Part shown: positions 50,501 through 59,783 of the stretch, piece after piece
How the letters are laid out: every line of letters begins with the position of its first letter
Position numbering within the stretch: the stretch's first letter is position 1
Assembly (NCBI RefSeq): GCF_964204645.1
Contig: NC_134026.1
Span: 16,960,150-17,024,149, forward strand
Length of the DNA: 64,000 nt
Origin: Tubulanus polymorphus
Lineage: Eukaryota > Animalia > Nemertea
Direction: 5' to 3'
Translations under genes and position numbers: made by a program
Notes under the pieces: model-generated
What the model saw: only the letters and a program-made list of their open reading frames with translations
Told to the model about the DNA's origin: nothing
The model's database searches: none

Positions 50501-52990
50501 TCTGGTCAATGTCACCTATTTATACGTGCAATAATGTGTATCGTTCTTGTGTGTGTATCAGATTCTTTTTAACGTTTTTGATATTTTTACCTGTCGGTTT
50601 TGTTATTGTGTGACTTACACTCACATAACCCCTAGAAATGTCAGATTTACAGCTAGCTTTTAATCGTTTTAAATTCTATTGGCATTTATTTATTCTTCCA
50701 TCAGTAGAGATTTGTTACATATTTTACAATGTTCAATTATCATTATTATTATCATTATTATTATTATTATTATTATTATCATCATTATCATTATAATTTT
50801 ATTATTATGATTATTATTATTGTAACTTAGTTATAATTCAACATTTTTGGCTTGTACTTATGGAGTATAGTTCATTGATTAATTATTATTGAGTATAGTT
50901 ATCGTGATCTGTTTGGGTTTCATTTGTTCACTTGCTCCCCTGGTGGTTTTTAGTGATCTTATGTATGGCTAGGGAGACATTTCCATGTTGTCGACAGTAA
51001 TTTAGATACCTCTAGGCATGTCATTGTCTTGCATGCAAATTTGTAATAACAGTAACAGTTGGCAGGCTGGTTGCAAAACGTTCTTTTAATGCGTATATGG
51101 TTGATGATTACATATCTGCGCCTAATTTTAACTAATCATTTTTTGATATTTAAGAATTTTTAAAACCAAAAAAGTACTGGATTATTAACTGATGTGTAAT
51201 GGTTTTCAGCTTATTAATGCGCTGATGTTGTCTTATTCTCTTGCACACTTCTTATGCTGGTTTATGTGGTCTCGTTGAATAGTCAGTCTGCTCTTTTCAA
51301 GTCTTTTTATTATTATCAACTACAACAGCAAAAATGTAAACATTTTGTAATGAAATAAAAATATATAAGGTATCAGGCTGTCACAGTTACATAGTCGCAA
51401 GCTTGAATTTTTGATACTTGGTTCCATTACTCCTTACTGCTGATATATAGAATATCAATTTCTGAATCATCACTACTGTTATCTAAAGCCTACATTCTGT
51501 TTATTAAAACAAAAATCATTGTTTCTCTCGAGTAAATGATGCTGCACAACACACAGCCACATAAACCATAGAATACCTGATAGATTTAAAATATATGCTG
51601 TCATGTTTTTATAGCTGACTCAACTTTTTAAGTATTAATTTTCCTTCGACGATTATGATGCAATGACGAGATGACATTGCATGTTGATACAAATAATATT
51701 ATCTATGGACCAAGCGAGCCCACTATGAATTTGAGTTCAGAAACGAAGGCATGCATAATCGTAATGGCAGTTAATTATCATCGTTCAACCTTAAATTATT
51801 AATTATATATATATTCTTAAAAAAATATTATGCCATTTGTTTTTGACTTCACATTTTTGGAAGTCATCTTTGGCCTTGATTCAATCATTGAATTTTTCAT
51901 CAAACCACTTGTAATTCCTTCTTTTTTCTATGATAAGGATATTATTCAAATTACTTGGGATGTAAAATTCCTTGCATTCTCATTTTGAAAGCCATTCCTC
52001 AGCTATAAGAACTAAATAACTATTTGATGAAAACTGAATTGTTATTTCAGATAACATCATTCAAGAAATAGTAAAATAGTAATGAAAACTTGTTCAAAAC
52101 TTGAATGAATAATAAGGGTAAAAATGAAGTCCAATTTTGGAATGCATGGAAATTGACACAAATTGAGTTATTTAAGAATTTGTAAAGGTCATTATGATGA
52201 GATGCTAAATGAATTTATCTTAAAAGGCACAAGTTTTCATTAGATGTTTGATATGCTTTTAAAGATTTGTTCCATTGAAGAGAATAATTTGCTGATGGGC
52301 GTGTAGAACTGCAATCTAGAATTCAAAACACACATATGCTAACCAAAGTCTTGGTGTCGGGAGTAGTTTGATTGAAAGCTACAAATGTATTAGTCTTTAA
52401 CAGTCAGTGTCAATAGAAAATTGCTTTACTGTCTCAAAATTTCTCTATCATTCAAGAAATATATGTATATACATTAGCATATACATATATGAATGATTTG
52501 GTTGGTTGAAGCTGAGTATGCTTCATGTCTGCAAGCTATTAGCTGTCCCATTATAAGGGATCTGGGGAAAATACATAGGTAAAGCCTCTATTTTCTTAAT
52601 AGTTATTGTACTATGTAATTTTCTCTAGTTGCTGTGGTAATGTACTCTGCCTGAGGCTTTCAAGTTAAATTTTTAATTGTTGTCGGATTTACTTAAAAGG
52701 TTACTCAGAAACCATGCAAAGAGTTTAGTTAGATTATAAATAAATATAATAATGGTTGGTGAATCCTGTTAAATGAGTGACTTAGATAATAATTGATACA
52801 TAGTTAACATAAGACTTGTTGGAATTTAGATTCACAGAGGTTTGTATCTTGAACAGTAATTAGATTTTCAATGTTTCAGGATCAAAATGAGTCGGCAGCC
52901 ATACTGAAGATAAAAGAGAGCATGCAAGAGGAAGCGAAAAGATTTGAAAAAGATGCTCCGTCGGATCATCCGGACTACTTCATGCAATAA
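1744..52990 (+). CDS. SSBP3: Spliced gene, 5'-partial: single-stranded DNA-binding protein Ssdp/SSBP2-3-4 orthologue (LUFS-domain exons upstream of window)
   Basis: Exons below join in frame with consistent phases. The peptide follows SSBP/Ssdp motifs in order ([51 protein letters not shown]) and ends in the invertebrate Ssdp C-terminus [28 protein letters not shown]. Symbol is by family; invertebrates usually have one orthologue of SSBP2/3/4. Confidence 0.95.
2870..3042. mobile_element. pogo/Tigger-type (Tc1-mariner superfamily) MITE
   Basis: TA|CAGTATAACTC ... GAGTTGTACTG|TA. Confidence 0.75.
3477..3560 (+). CDS. SSBP3: Ssdp exon [28 protein letters not shown]
   Basis: ttttcttgcag acceptor, gttagt donor; matches SSBP AAPSP.LG..PP.DG..GGP.PP.FF. 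Confidence 0.95.
5170..6246 (+). mobile_element. Degenerate HINE family-1 copy interrupted by MITE 5322-5667
   Basis: 5' cccacttggga; 3' ccaagtgggcatggtgtccctaaacccctagtt; internal similarity to 13703-14957. Confidence 0.75.
5322..5667. mobile_element. TIR MITE, same family as 33073-33384
   Basis: Ends aatggggaacc / taccccattg; shared internal cagatggcg and ttgccacagtagc. Confidence 0.65.
7081..7389. mobile_element. Degenerate pogo/Tigger-type MITE
   Basis: TA|caattgaaccc ... aggttctactg|TA. Confidence 0.45.
7730..7798 (+). CDS. SSBP3: Ssdp exon [23 protein letters not shown]
   Basis: aatag acceptor, gtgagt donor; matches the SSBP3 PPGSQPSPH...PHN..MM exon. Confidence 0.9.
11007..11275. 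mobile_element. piggyBac-type MITE
   Basis: TTAA|CCCTTTCAGT ... ACTGAAAGGG|TTAA; relative at 45543-45799. Confidence 0.85.
11343..11411 (+). CDS. SSBP3: Ssdp exon [23 protein letters not shown]
   Basis: ttttcttgtag acceptor, gtaagt donor; conserved PFMSPRY motif. Confidence 0.95.
11453..11850. mobile_element. piggyBac-type MITE, shorter relative of 47012-47600
   Basis: Shared internal sequence (ataactcagtagatat.agggata.cccc, ctggtctattcaaatcg); right end gaggg|ttaa. Confidence 0.75.
12009..13252. mobile_element. piggyBac-like non-autonomous element
   Basis: ctaa|cctcttagtgtg ... cacactgagaggg|ttaa; internal 12895-13072 recurs at 17691-17866. Confidence 0.55.
13703..14957 (+). mobile_element. 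Full-length non-autonomous Helentron (HINE/DINE-1-like), family 1, with ~154-bp internal tandem array
   Basis: T-run + subTIR gcccacttggga with inverse tcccaagtgggc near the 3' end; 5' hairpin; (tccg)n; repeat units at 14403/14557/14711/14865; 3' end ctagtt; near-identical to 60142-61407. Confidence 0.85.
15130..15193 (+). CDS. SSBP3: Ssdp exon [21 protein letters not shown](G), phase 0-1
   Basis: ttttag acceptor, gtatgc donor; PNSMD motif. Confidence 0.92.
16679..19222 (+). mobile_element. HINE family-1 copy split by insertion 16742-18480
   Basis: 5' ttagcccacttggga; resumes at 18481; 3' ttcccaagtgagcatg...ggacccct. Confidence 0.75.
16742..18480. mobile_element. hAT-like non-autonomous element with 5-bp TSD
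   Basis: TIR CAGGGGCGTAGCCACC / GGTGGCTACGCCCCTG flanked by CCTGT on both sides. Confidence 0.8.
19400..19956 (+). mobile_element. Degenerate 3' half of HINE family 1
   Basis: 154-bp-type unit remnants and 3' end accacttctcaagtcggcatgggtgtccctag. Confidence 0.65.
20951..20995 (+). CDS. Candidate cassette exon (E)[14 protein letters not shown], 45 nt, phase 1-1
   Basis: Branch-like CTGAC, pyrimidine tract and ctttcag acceptor, gtaggc donor; frame-preserving and stop-free; no family similarity recognised. Confidence 0.4.
21656..21935. mobile_element. Degenerate TIR MITE
   Basis: ctaaccccaggtcgacttacaacccgatcatctc vs gaggattgggtcgtaagtcgaactgagcttag. Confidence 0.6.
23444..23535 (+). repeat. 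(GT)n/(CTGT)n microsatellite, probably the core of a HINE-like element running to ~23895
   Basis: Direct reading; followed by gatcttgctgaaactaggg and a 3' hairpin-like end. Confidence 0.85.
25952..26032. repeat. (TACATA/TACACA)n microsatellite
   Basis: Direct reading. Confidence 0.9.
26834..27396. mobile_element. piggyBac-type MITE
   Basis: TTAA|CCCTTTC ... GAAAGGG|TTAA. Confidence 0.6.
27692..29031 (+). repeat. Two near-identical ~229-bp direct repeats (27692-27920, 28804-29031)
   Basis: ttagcctttctt...ttagcgatccgtt read twice with very few differences. Confidence 0.95.
28349..28381 (+). CDS. SSBP3: Candidate Ssdp microexon (D)[10 protein letters not shown], 33 nt, phase 1-1
   Basis: Long pyrimidine tract + AAG acceptor, strong caag|gtaagg donor; Ssdp-like HPMGP peptide; frame-preserving. 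Confidence 0.7.
31235..31302 (+). CDS. SSBP3: Ssdp exon [23 protein letters not shown]
   Basis: ttgtag acceptor, gtaagt donor; matches SSBP GHP.MG..MQRM. Confidence 0.95.
32914..33011 (+). CDS. SSBP3: Ssdp exon [32 protein letters not shown](M), phase 0-2
   Basis: ttacag acceptor, gtaggt donor; matches NY..GMR.PPN. Confidence 0.95.
33073..33384. mobile_element. TIR MITE filling most of a short Ssdp intron
   Basis: TIR CAATGGGGAACCTGCA / TGCAGGTACCCCATTG. Confidence 0.75.
33433..33481 (+). CDS. SSBP3: Ssdp exon (M)[16 protein letters not shown], phase 2-0
   Basis: ctatag acceptor, gtaagt donor; RPWP motif. Confidence 0.93.
33720..35226 (+). mobile_element. Degenerate HINE family-1 copy split by insertion 34309-34839
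   Basis: agtcccagc...ctattg, aatcaagatgg, unit remnants, 3' aagtgggcatagtgtccgtggatccctagtt. Confidence 0.7.
34309..34839. mobile_element. hAT-like MITE with 6-bp TSD
   Basis: AATCAT|CAGGGATGATAA ... TTATCATCCCTG|AATCAT; related ends near 31707 and 41794-41909. Confidence 0.8.
35419..35454 (+). CDS. SSBP3: Ssdp exon [12 protein letters not shown]
   Basis: ttgcag acceptor, gtaagt donor; YSS.SPG.Y motif. Confidence 0.95.
35692..35743 (+). CDS. SSBP3: Ssdp exon [17 protein letters not shown] with GC donor, phase 0-1
   Basis: ttttag acceptor; [11 protein letters not shown] motif; donor AAG|GCAAGT is the one giving the phase the next exons need. Confidence 0.93.
36861..37406 (+). repeat. Tandem duplication of a ~272-bp unit (36861-37132, 37133-37406)
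   Basis: gagataggagaatgtt...gtgcccttttaga read twice, nearly identical. Confidence 0.95.
37532..38050 (+). mobile_element. HINE family 2 with ~145-bp internal repeat
   Basis: T-run + atgcccctgg, 5' hairpin, (gcc)n, units at ~37622 and ~37767, 3' cctggggcat...ctagtt. Confidence 0.75.
41004..41069 (+). CDS. SSBP3: Ssdp twin exon A (G)[21 protein letters not shown], 66 nt, phase 1-1
   Basis: gtttag acceptor, cag|gtacca donor; paralogous to 41564-41614. Confidence 0.75.
41564..41614 (+). CDS. SSBP3: Ssdp twin exon B (G)[16 protein letters not shown], 51 nt, phase 1-1
   Basis: ttttatag acceptor, cag|gtaaag donor; paralogous to 41004-41069. Confidence 0.8.
42076..42149 (+). CDS. SSBP3: Ssdp exon (D)[24 protein letters not shown]
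   Basis: ttttaag acceptor, gtaagt donor; matches DST.S.D..Y.MM. Confidence 0.95.
42413..42868. mobile_element. piggyBac-type MITE
   Basis: TTAA|CCCATTAGC(T)CTCA ... TGAG(T)GCTAATGGG|TTAA. Confidence 0.85.
43798..43971. mobile_element. pogo/Tigger-type MITE
   Basis: TA|CAGTGGAACCTTGTTA ... TAACAAGGTTCCACTG|TA; relatives near 48735, 49660-49730 and 62253. Confidence 0.9.
44071..44140 (+). CDS. SSBP3: Ssdp exon [23 protein letters not shown](G)
   Basis: ttccag acceptor, gtgagt donor; FPMG..DG.MG.MG....MNG motif. Confidence 0.95.
44268..44413 (+). CDS. SSBP3: Ssdp exon (G)[48 protein letters not shown]
   Basis: gtttag acceptor, gtatgt donor; K.SP and PGTPRDD motifs; lies in ORF 44237..44557. 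Confidence 0.95.
44581..44788. mobile_element. TA-flanked foldback MITE
   Basis: TA|CTGTCT ... AGACAG|TA with inner inverted acggtagt/actaccgt. Confidence 0.6.
44873..45500. mobile_element. Tc1/pogo-type MITE
   Basis: TA|CTGTATTTGCCGGT ... ACCAGCAAATACAG|TA. Confidence 0.75.
45543..45799. mobile_element. piggyBac-type MITE (family of 11007-11275)
   Basis: TTAA|CCCTTTCAGT ... ACTGAAAGGG|TTAA. Confidence 0.85.
47012..47600. mobile_element. piggyBac-type MITE
   Basis: TTAA|CCCTTTAACCGGCAA ... TTGCCGGTTAAAGGG|TGAA. Confidence 0.85.
48653..48700. repeat. (ATT)n microsatellite
   Basis: Direct reading. Confidence 0.85.
49951..50610. mobile_element. Degenerate long-TIR foldback element
   Basis: cacaatcacaaagccg...ttaaggccgattcaactatg is an imperfect inverse of catagttgaatcggtcttaa...cggttttgttattgtg. 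Confidence 0.7.
50737..50821. repeat. (ATT/ATC)n microsatellite
   Basis: Direct reading. Confidence 0.85.
52880..52990 (+). CDS. SSBP3: Ssdp terminal coding exon [36 protein letters not shown]
   Basis: tttcag acceptor, TAA at 52988-52990; recognisable invertebrate Ssdp C-terminus. Confidence 0.95.
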   Translation, partial: DQNESAAILKIKESMQEEAKRFEKDAPSDHPDYFMQ

Positions 52991-54411
52991 TATCAGTTGT
53001 CATTCATGTGAGAGACATCAACTTGAGTGGAGACTGAGTGATGGGGTTGCTGTGATCTCCTCTCTATCCAGCATGTGGACCGAGTTCTTGTAACAACATG
53101 TGGCTGAGCCAAACGTAACTATTGTGTTCAAGTGTGTAAATAGTATGAATTATTAATGACTTTACTACAAAAAAGAAAAATAAACACAAATGACGTACGA
53201 ATGTGCATACGCATAGTACATCTAAACCGGACATCTGTGTGACAGGTGCCAGGAAAAGAAATAGATCTTTAAAAGCAACCCACAATGTCAATGATACCCC
53301 GGCTGTGCCTGCCAATAATTTCTCTCTGTTTTGCTATTGTACATTGCTTGATATGTTTTTGTATAATTTATAATGACAGATATAAGGTATATGTATATAC
53401 ATTAATGTACATGTGCACAAATCTATATGTATTTTATAATGCATAGTATGTGTATCTGGAGTTGTATTATTGTATGCGACGTGCTCATCAGGGATCATAT
53501 TCCTCCAACACCTTAAGTACTACAATTTCACTGGAAAGGATCATTTTCTGATGTCATTTCTGCATATTCTGACAGCGATAAGAGATAGATTGTTGGGTGT
53601 TGAAGCAATATGTATATTTCATTTTGCTTTTATATATTAAAATGGTTTTGGATGGATTTTTCAAATGCTAGTAATGACTTGACTATTTGAATGCCTGTAC
53701 TAAGTACTTGTCGGACTATTGGATTAGGAATACATATGACAAGATTTTATTTGATTTATGAAAATTCATTTTTCCAATGCTGACCTTTTTTGGATTTTAG
53801 GCAGTTCATCATAACCCTTTTAAACCCCCACGCTATGGGCTTGAGCATGTTTGATCCTCAATTCATGGGACCAAAGTTTAAACAAAAACGTTTAATAAAC
53901 AAATTGCTAAGTCTGGAGAATCAACACTGTATTTGGCTAGATATATTCACTACCTAAAGCCTAGCGCACACAACAACCCTTGAAACAAGCAATGAGAGTT
54001 TGTGGTCATGTGTTTTAATGCTTAGTTTACACGCCAAAACAATAGAAATATACCAAAGCAAACCTACAGCACCTCTAGCAATGAGATAAGTAGAAATTTT
54101 TTCACATGATGGTAAAATAACAGTGATTCATTCCATTGTTTGAGCCACTAGTTTTCAGTGATAGCTTATCAAAATATTCCTTGTTTACTTACGTACAAGG
54201 GTGGATTGAGAGTGCACTTTTGAAAAATTGAAAAATTTGCCTCTGATTTCATTCATTCTAATTGATAAGCAGTTAACTGCCTATCTAATGCCTTGCTATA
54301 GTTAGAATATTGTGATGAATCTATATAACAGAAGGTGTAAAATCCTATACAGAAATATTTTGGGTGGTTCCTACAGTTTCAGTCAGTTTGAAATCAAGTC
54401 TAGACTGAATT

Positions 54412-54455
54412 TTAGACTGAAGAAGGGTGGTAGTAACTACCCAAAATGTTTCTAA
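54412..54455 (+). ncRNA. Decayed minimal type I hammerhead ribozyme (probably inactive)
   Basis: ttaga-CTGAAGA-a-[gggtggt/actaccc stem]-aAAA-tGTT-tctaa; stems I and II intact; core differs from GAAACGTT by two CpG-type transitions. Confidence 0.55.
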
Positions 54456-54531
54456 TGATGCGCAATCCTTTCACTGCTGCATTGGATAGTGGCCTCCTGT
54501 AGACCAGTAGAGGAACATTGAAAACAACTTA

Positions 54532-55274
54532 AGGCTGGCTTATGTCGACAAGCAACGCGACGCCTACCGACTCCTACCGATGCAAGTGAGAGCAACCGCG
54601 ATCGCAGCCCAGCTTATGTCGACTGCGCTCCGATTCGCAGCAACTGAGGCCGACTAGCGGGATATGAGATCCTCCCAGTTGCTTCCCTGCTTATGTCGGT
54701 TGCGATTACTAGCAACTGCAACGGCTCAAATGGTCACGTGATGAGCATTTTGAGAATAAATTTGAATTATTCGGAAATATATTTCTATTAGAAAAGCTAT
54801 TTCTTTAAGACTTTGATCTTTCTGATTCTGTTTTGAATACAACGTGCTAGCGACATTGTATAAAGATGGCCGCTCACACCATAATTCTACCAATTTCGTT
54901 TCTAGATTTTCGGTCCAGTCCTCTGCCTTGCTGAAGGTTTGGTTTACGTTTTGAACTACTTTGAAAGTTTATGACTAATTACCAATGACGCTAACTAGCG
55001 GTGATAATTTGTACTATGTATATACGGTCCTTCATTGGCTGGAACCCCTGCCCTTAGTTCCGTCGCGTCGCAGATGAGCTTATGTCGGCTGCGATCGAAA
55101 GCAACTGCCAGCCTACCGTAGGCCGGAGTAGAACATGGGCAACTTGCCGGATACGGCTTGCGACGAGTCGGTAGGCGTCGCGTTGCCGTCGCAAGCCGGC
55201 TTATGTCGAACCGATTGAGGAGCAACTGGCGGCCTCAGCGATAAACCCAGTTGCTTGTCGACATAAGCCAGCCT
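54532..55274. mobile_element. PIF/Harbinger-type MITE with TTA TSD
   Basis: TTA|AGGCTGGCTTATGTCGACAAGCAAC ... GTTGCTTGTCGACATAAGCCAGCCT|TTA; repeated cttatgtcg motifs; CpG-rich. Confidence 0.9.
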
Positions 55275-56879
55275 TTAGGACACGTTTCAATTTGTTTTAG
55301 TATTGTACAATGTGGAGTAAACGTCCAATGGCTTCATTGTAGGAGAAATTCATCAAATTACATAACCCTGTTCTATTTTGAACCAATTGAATCAAGGTGA
55401 CAATTTTTCATAACATCCTCTATACAGCAATCATTACAGCGTTGTTAAGGTAAAGAGTGTCTCTTGTTCCATGGCACGATAGGAAAATGCTTCTGTATTC
55501 ACGTCTATTTCCTTCTGTGTGCCCTATGACTAGTGTTATGACTCTTTGATTTACAATGGCATTGATTTTTTAAGATTTTGCCAGGGGTTTCAGCTGGCAT
55601 GTGGGTTAATGGACATATGTAAATAAAATATATGAAAACGGTGCAAGTTATGGCGCTCTATGATTTGTGTATTGGCTTTTGCACTCGAGAGATAGATTGG
55701 GAACAAATTGTCAACGGAATGAAAAAGCTTTTTAAATTGACGGGATTGGCACCAAAATACTAAGTATTCAATGATTAACCACTTGCATCGTAATGATCAA
55801 TCTTTCCATTTGAAATTTTCCGTAGCAAAGAAATAAGGATATCCATTCAATCCTTGTTGGTCTTAATTTGTTTGAAGTACCAGATATTAATGTTGGAATG
55901 CTTTTAAAATCGATGCTAGAATAGCCTCTGTTCTATCCTGAACAGTTTTATTTTTGAAAGATAATTCTTTGCCCGAGGATGCCTTTTTTCATGTCATCGT
56001 CTCAATGTTTTCATGTTGCTCTCGGGAACGTATTTGCTGGTTCACTTAATCAAAAAATTTTTGTTGATAGTAACATCGAAGTTAGGTACTTAGTATTTTT
56101 ATTTATAATGGTGCTGTAGATTAATCAAATTACGTACCGATCTTATGGAAAGTTCATGAAGACAAATTTTCTTTAATCTAAAGTTTTTCATAATTGCATG
56201 AAACCTCAGAAGCTTGCAATGGCAAAAAATTTAGTCAATCCACAAAAAGTTTTAAAAAGTCTTTAACAAACAGAACAAAGGAATTTTCTATTGAATTTAG
56301 TTTGTTCTGAAGATAAGGTGAATTGAAATATATATCAGTTATAGGCCTACTCGATAACCTGATATTTTAATATTTGCCCTAGTACATGTATCCATCAGTT
56401 TGACCAGTGTACTTACAGTACAGTACATAGAGAACTCTACTATGTGCAACTACTTATTACTTCTTGCTTCTTTTTTGCATATGAATTTTTTTTTACATTT
56501 GAATGAGTAGTTAAGATCAGGGGTGGATCCAAACCCATTTTAACCCACTCCGGACTCCAGTTCCAGCGGTTGCTTTTCATTTGTCTCTCAGAAATTTTGA
56601 TGATACTTCCATCAATTATTGTGATGGCTGTCTTCTGACATTTTTGTGCCAAAAAATGTTATTTTTGTCTGAACTCTTGAGGTTTGTAGCACTTCTTTGT
56701 TTCCCTTGAAATTTATGATTGGTAAACTTTGGGTAGGGATCTTTAACATATCAGGTGGATTATTTGATCAGTCTGTTTTTTTGCAAGCAGCAGCCATCTC
56801 AGTCTCGGTTCTTATTCCTGAATAGAAAAAGTTGTTGGCAGGTTTCATTTAATACATATAGTATCGATATTTGATAATC

Positions 56880-57681
56880 TCTTATGGAACAAGGTTACCA
56901 AGTTCTTGGTCTCGCCACCTGACAGAGTTGAATATTGCATCATATACCATTTGACTATTTTTATATAGGTGTCTATGCATAATTTGTTACCACAATCAAT
57001 TGCATAGCTCATGACACCATGATTCTTGCAAGTTTCAAGGTCAGATGGTTTCTGTGTATGTTTGCCCCGGGTGTTTAATAGCGGAAGATTTCCATATGAA
57101 TTGTACCGATGCATATTTTGTCACGAGGATCAATTGCAAGATTGTTGCTCATGATATGACCTATGATTGTGATGAGTTCGGTCATTAATTACTGTTTTTA
57201 TTCACTGACGACTGAGCATTGAATACTGTCAACCTCGGGTAAATCCGCCCTCAGTTAAACCATAGAAGTGCTTATTCCCTATGAATAAATTAGTTAAATC
57301 TGTATCAGCTGTCGGGAACATATATTTGTTGTGATGAGGAGTATGAACAATCGTAATGAGGTTAATGTGGTCACTGTGAAATGTAAGAAACTCCTGAAAA
57401 TACTGAAGTATACCATCTATGTCATAGTCTCCTTAACTAAATGATCATTAAATGAATGTGCCTTTTCGTACATATTGCTTTCAAGAGGCACTTTTAAACC
57501 AGCTATTATATAGGTTATGCACTTATGAATTATGGATCAACTGTTATCCGTTGATCACTTAATCTGTACTAAAAGCTCAGTTCCAAGTGATAAGGATTAA
57601 ACTGAGGTTGACAGTACTGAAATTGTCATTGACATTTTCAAGCATTTCGCCTGGTAAGCATCATGTCCCTGGCCACTAGTT
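56880..57681 (+). mobile_element. Degenerate HINE family-1 3' part split by MITE 57226-57614
   Basis: Unit remnants (accacaatcaattgca...ctcatgaca) and 3' tgtccctggccactagtt. Confidence 0.65.
57226..57614. mobile_element. TA-flanked Tc1/pogo-type MITE
   Basis: TA|CTGTCAACCTC ... GAGGTTGACAG|TA. Confidence 0.8.
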
Positions 57682-57709
57682 TCCGTTATGTCGGTCCCTG
57701 TTCCTTTTC

Positions 57710-57758
57710 ATTCCACTCCGTTCCGTTCCGTTGCGTTCCGTTCCGTTGCGTTCCGTTC
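57710..57758. repeat. (TTCCG)n pentamer repeat
   Basis: Direct reading. Confidence 0.85.
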
Positions 57759-59783
57759 CTTGAAGTATCATAAGCCTGTAAGAAATAACCATAATGGTTC
57801 CAGGTCCTCCCCTAGAAAATTTTGGAAAAAAAATTAATTTGAATTTCTTGGTATCTCTAGACAGTCTGTAGGTTTGTAGGTTAAAAAATTTTAGATCCAC
57901 CGACCTAGATGATCTGTCACTTATCAATACTCGGTAAAATCATATTTCATTTGATTTTGTAAGCATAATGTGAAATCGCCGCTTGTTTCTAAGATCTGAT
58001 TGTCATATATACACACACACATACATGCATGCGTATGCATTCTTGTATATGGAGCTTTATTTATTTTCTTGAAGATTTTCAATTACATCATCAGATGGAA
58101 TGTGTCTCAACGCCCTTATCTCAATCTAGCATTATCACGTCTCTTTGAGAAGCATTTTGTGAATTGGAACCAAAAGATAAGACCATGCATTTATAAACAA
58201 GGTTTCATTTGAAGTGGTGGCTGTAATGATCCCATATTCTCCTTATCTTACATTTTGGGTAGATATATTTATATATTTGTACCTTTGAAATGGAAGATGT
58301 CAATGTAAAGTGTACAGAAATATTCTGTCTCAGTGTGTCTGTTTATTGTTTATTATCTTTTTGTATACAATTTTTAGAAGCAAATTTGTATGCACAGCAG
58401 TGAAAGAAAAGGTGTGAAATACATGACTGTTGTCTGTTTTAAATTTATCCAGTCAACCACTACTGTTGTTGATGTTGATCTTTCATTCCATATTCTGATA
58501 GTTTACCAAATATTCTTGAAGTGTTGTGTAGACTTAAAACATAGTGCATAAGTACTGCAGGTAATGGCTGATTTCCCCTATCTCCCCCCTTTCTAGTGCT
58601 GCCTTAACATCTCGCATCTTTTTCTTCCACAAAAAAAATGCGCCTTGCATTAAATTTGCCGAGCACTCTTAAGAAAAACTCAAAATAACGTTTTCGTTAG
58701 CAGTGATGGGGAATGGCATCAGTAGCTACCTTGATTCTTCACGAAGAGATTTGCGGCTTAAACATGTGTATACACATACACTAATATACACTCCCCTAGT
58801 TTCTGGATTTGTCAGTTTTGGATTTTCAAAAGCACACATGTACAGCAAGATGTAACTGTATGATAGTAATTTACCATTGTTTTGTCCTTATGTCCATTTG
58901 TATTCTCGTTTCTGGTCAAAATGTGTATATTAAAACATCTCTGTGACTACTATCTATGTTATATTTGCAATCAAACTGTTGCAATAATAATAATATTGTA
59001 ATTATTATTTCCTTGTAATTAGTTATTAAATGATGATATTATTATGAGGTTATTGTTTCTTGGGGAATTTTCAATTATGTGAAAATGTCCAAAGATGATA
59101 ATAATGTCAGATTGATAAATAAGATATTATTGATAATGCTGTATGATGATAATGATCATGGTAGATCTTGGTCATGGTCATGATCTTGATGATGGTGATG
59201 ATGAAAAATAATTGAGGTATAAATTTTTATTAATGTATTATGATGTAAGTAAAATATGACAAGGTTTTGTAGGTTGCTCCTGTACAAATGTTAACTTATA
59301 TCTTGTGTACCAAAATACACCAGCAAGCCATACAAATGTTGTGTTCGTTTTTATCGGGGTTTAAGTCATGGGTTCTTTCTTAATCCAGGTGGTCATGATT
59401 TTTCGTGTCAGCTATGAATGACCAGTTGTGCACTTACAGGACGTAGGACATAAAGAGGGGCTGTCCATAAACGATGTCCATACAAAATTGCAAAATCTTT
59501 GCCCACCCTCCCCCATGTCCACAGAATGTCCACAATGTATTGACCCCGTCCCCTTCCTTGTACATCAGATAAAACGGCAATTTAAGAAAACGGATCAGTC
59601 ATGCATAATAATGTTCCACACATTCCGGACTACAGTTTGTGATACCATACGATCAACTTGACAACAATTCCGACGAAAACCTCGCCTATTGCCTGGTAAA
59701 ACTCCGATTTACTACCCTCGCGTACCGCCAGCGTAATCTAGTATAATCCTATACAAATTCATTCCAATACTTCCCGATAAACT

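Larger units (their letters stand above)
52991..58990 (+). promoter_or_regulatory. Probable long 3' UTR of Ssdp (end uncertain)
   Basis: U/UG-rich sequence after the stop; Pumilio-type TGTAHATA at 53135 and 53392; candidate polyA hexamers near 53894, 55622 and 58928. Confidence 0.45.
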
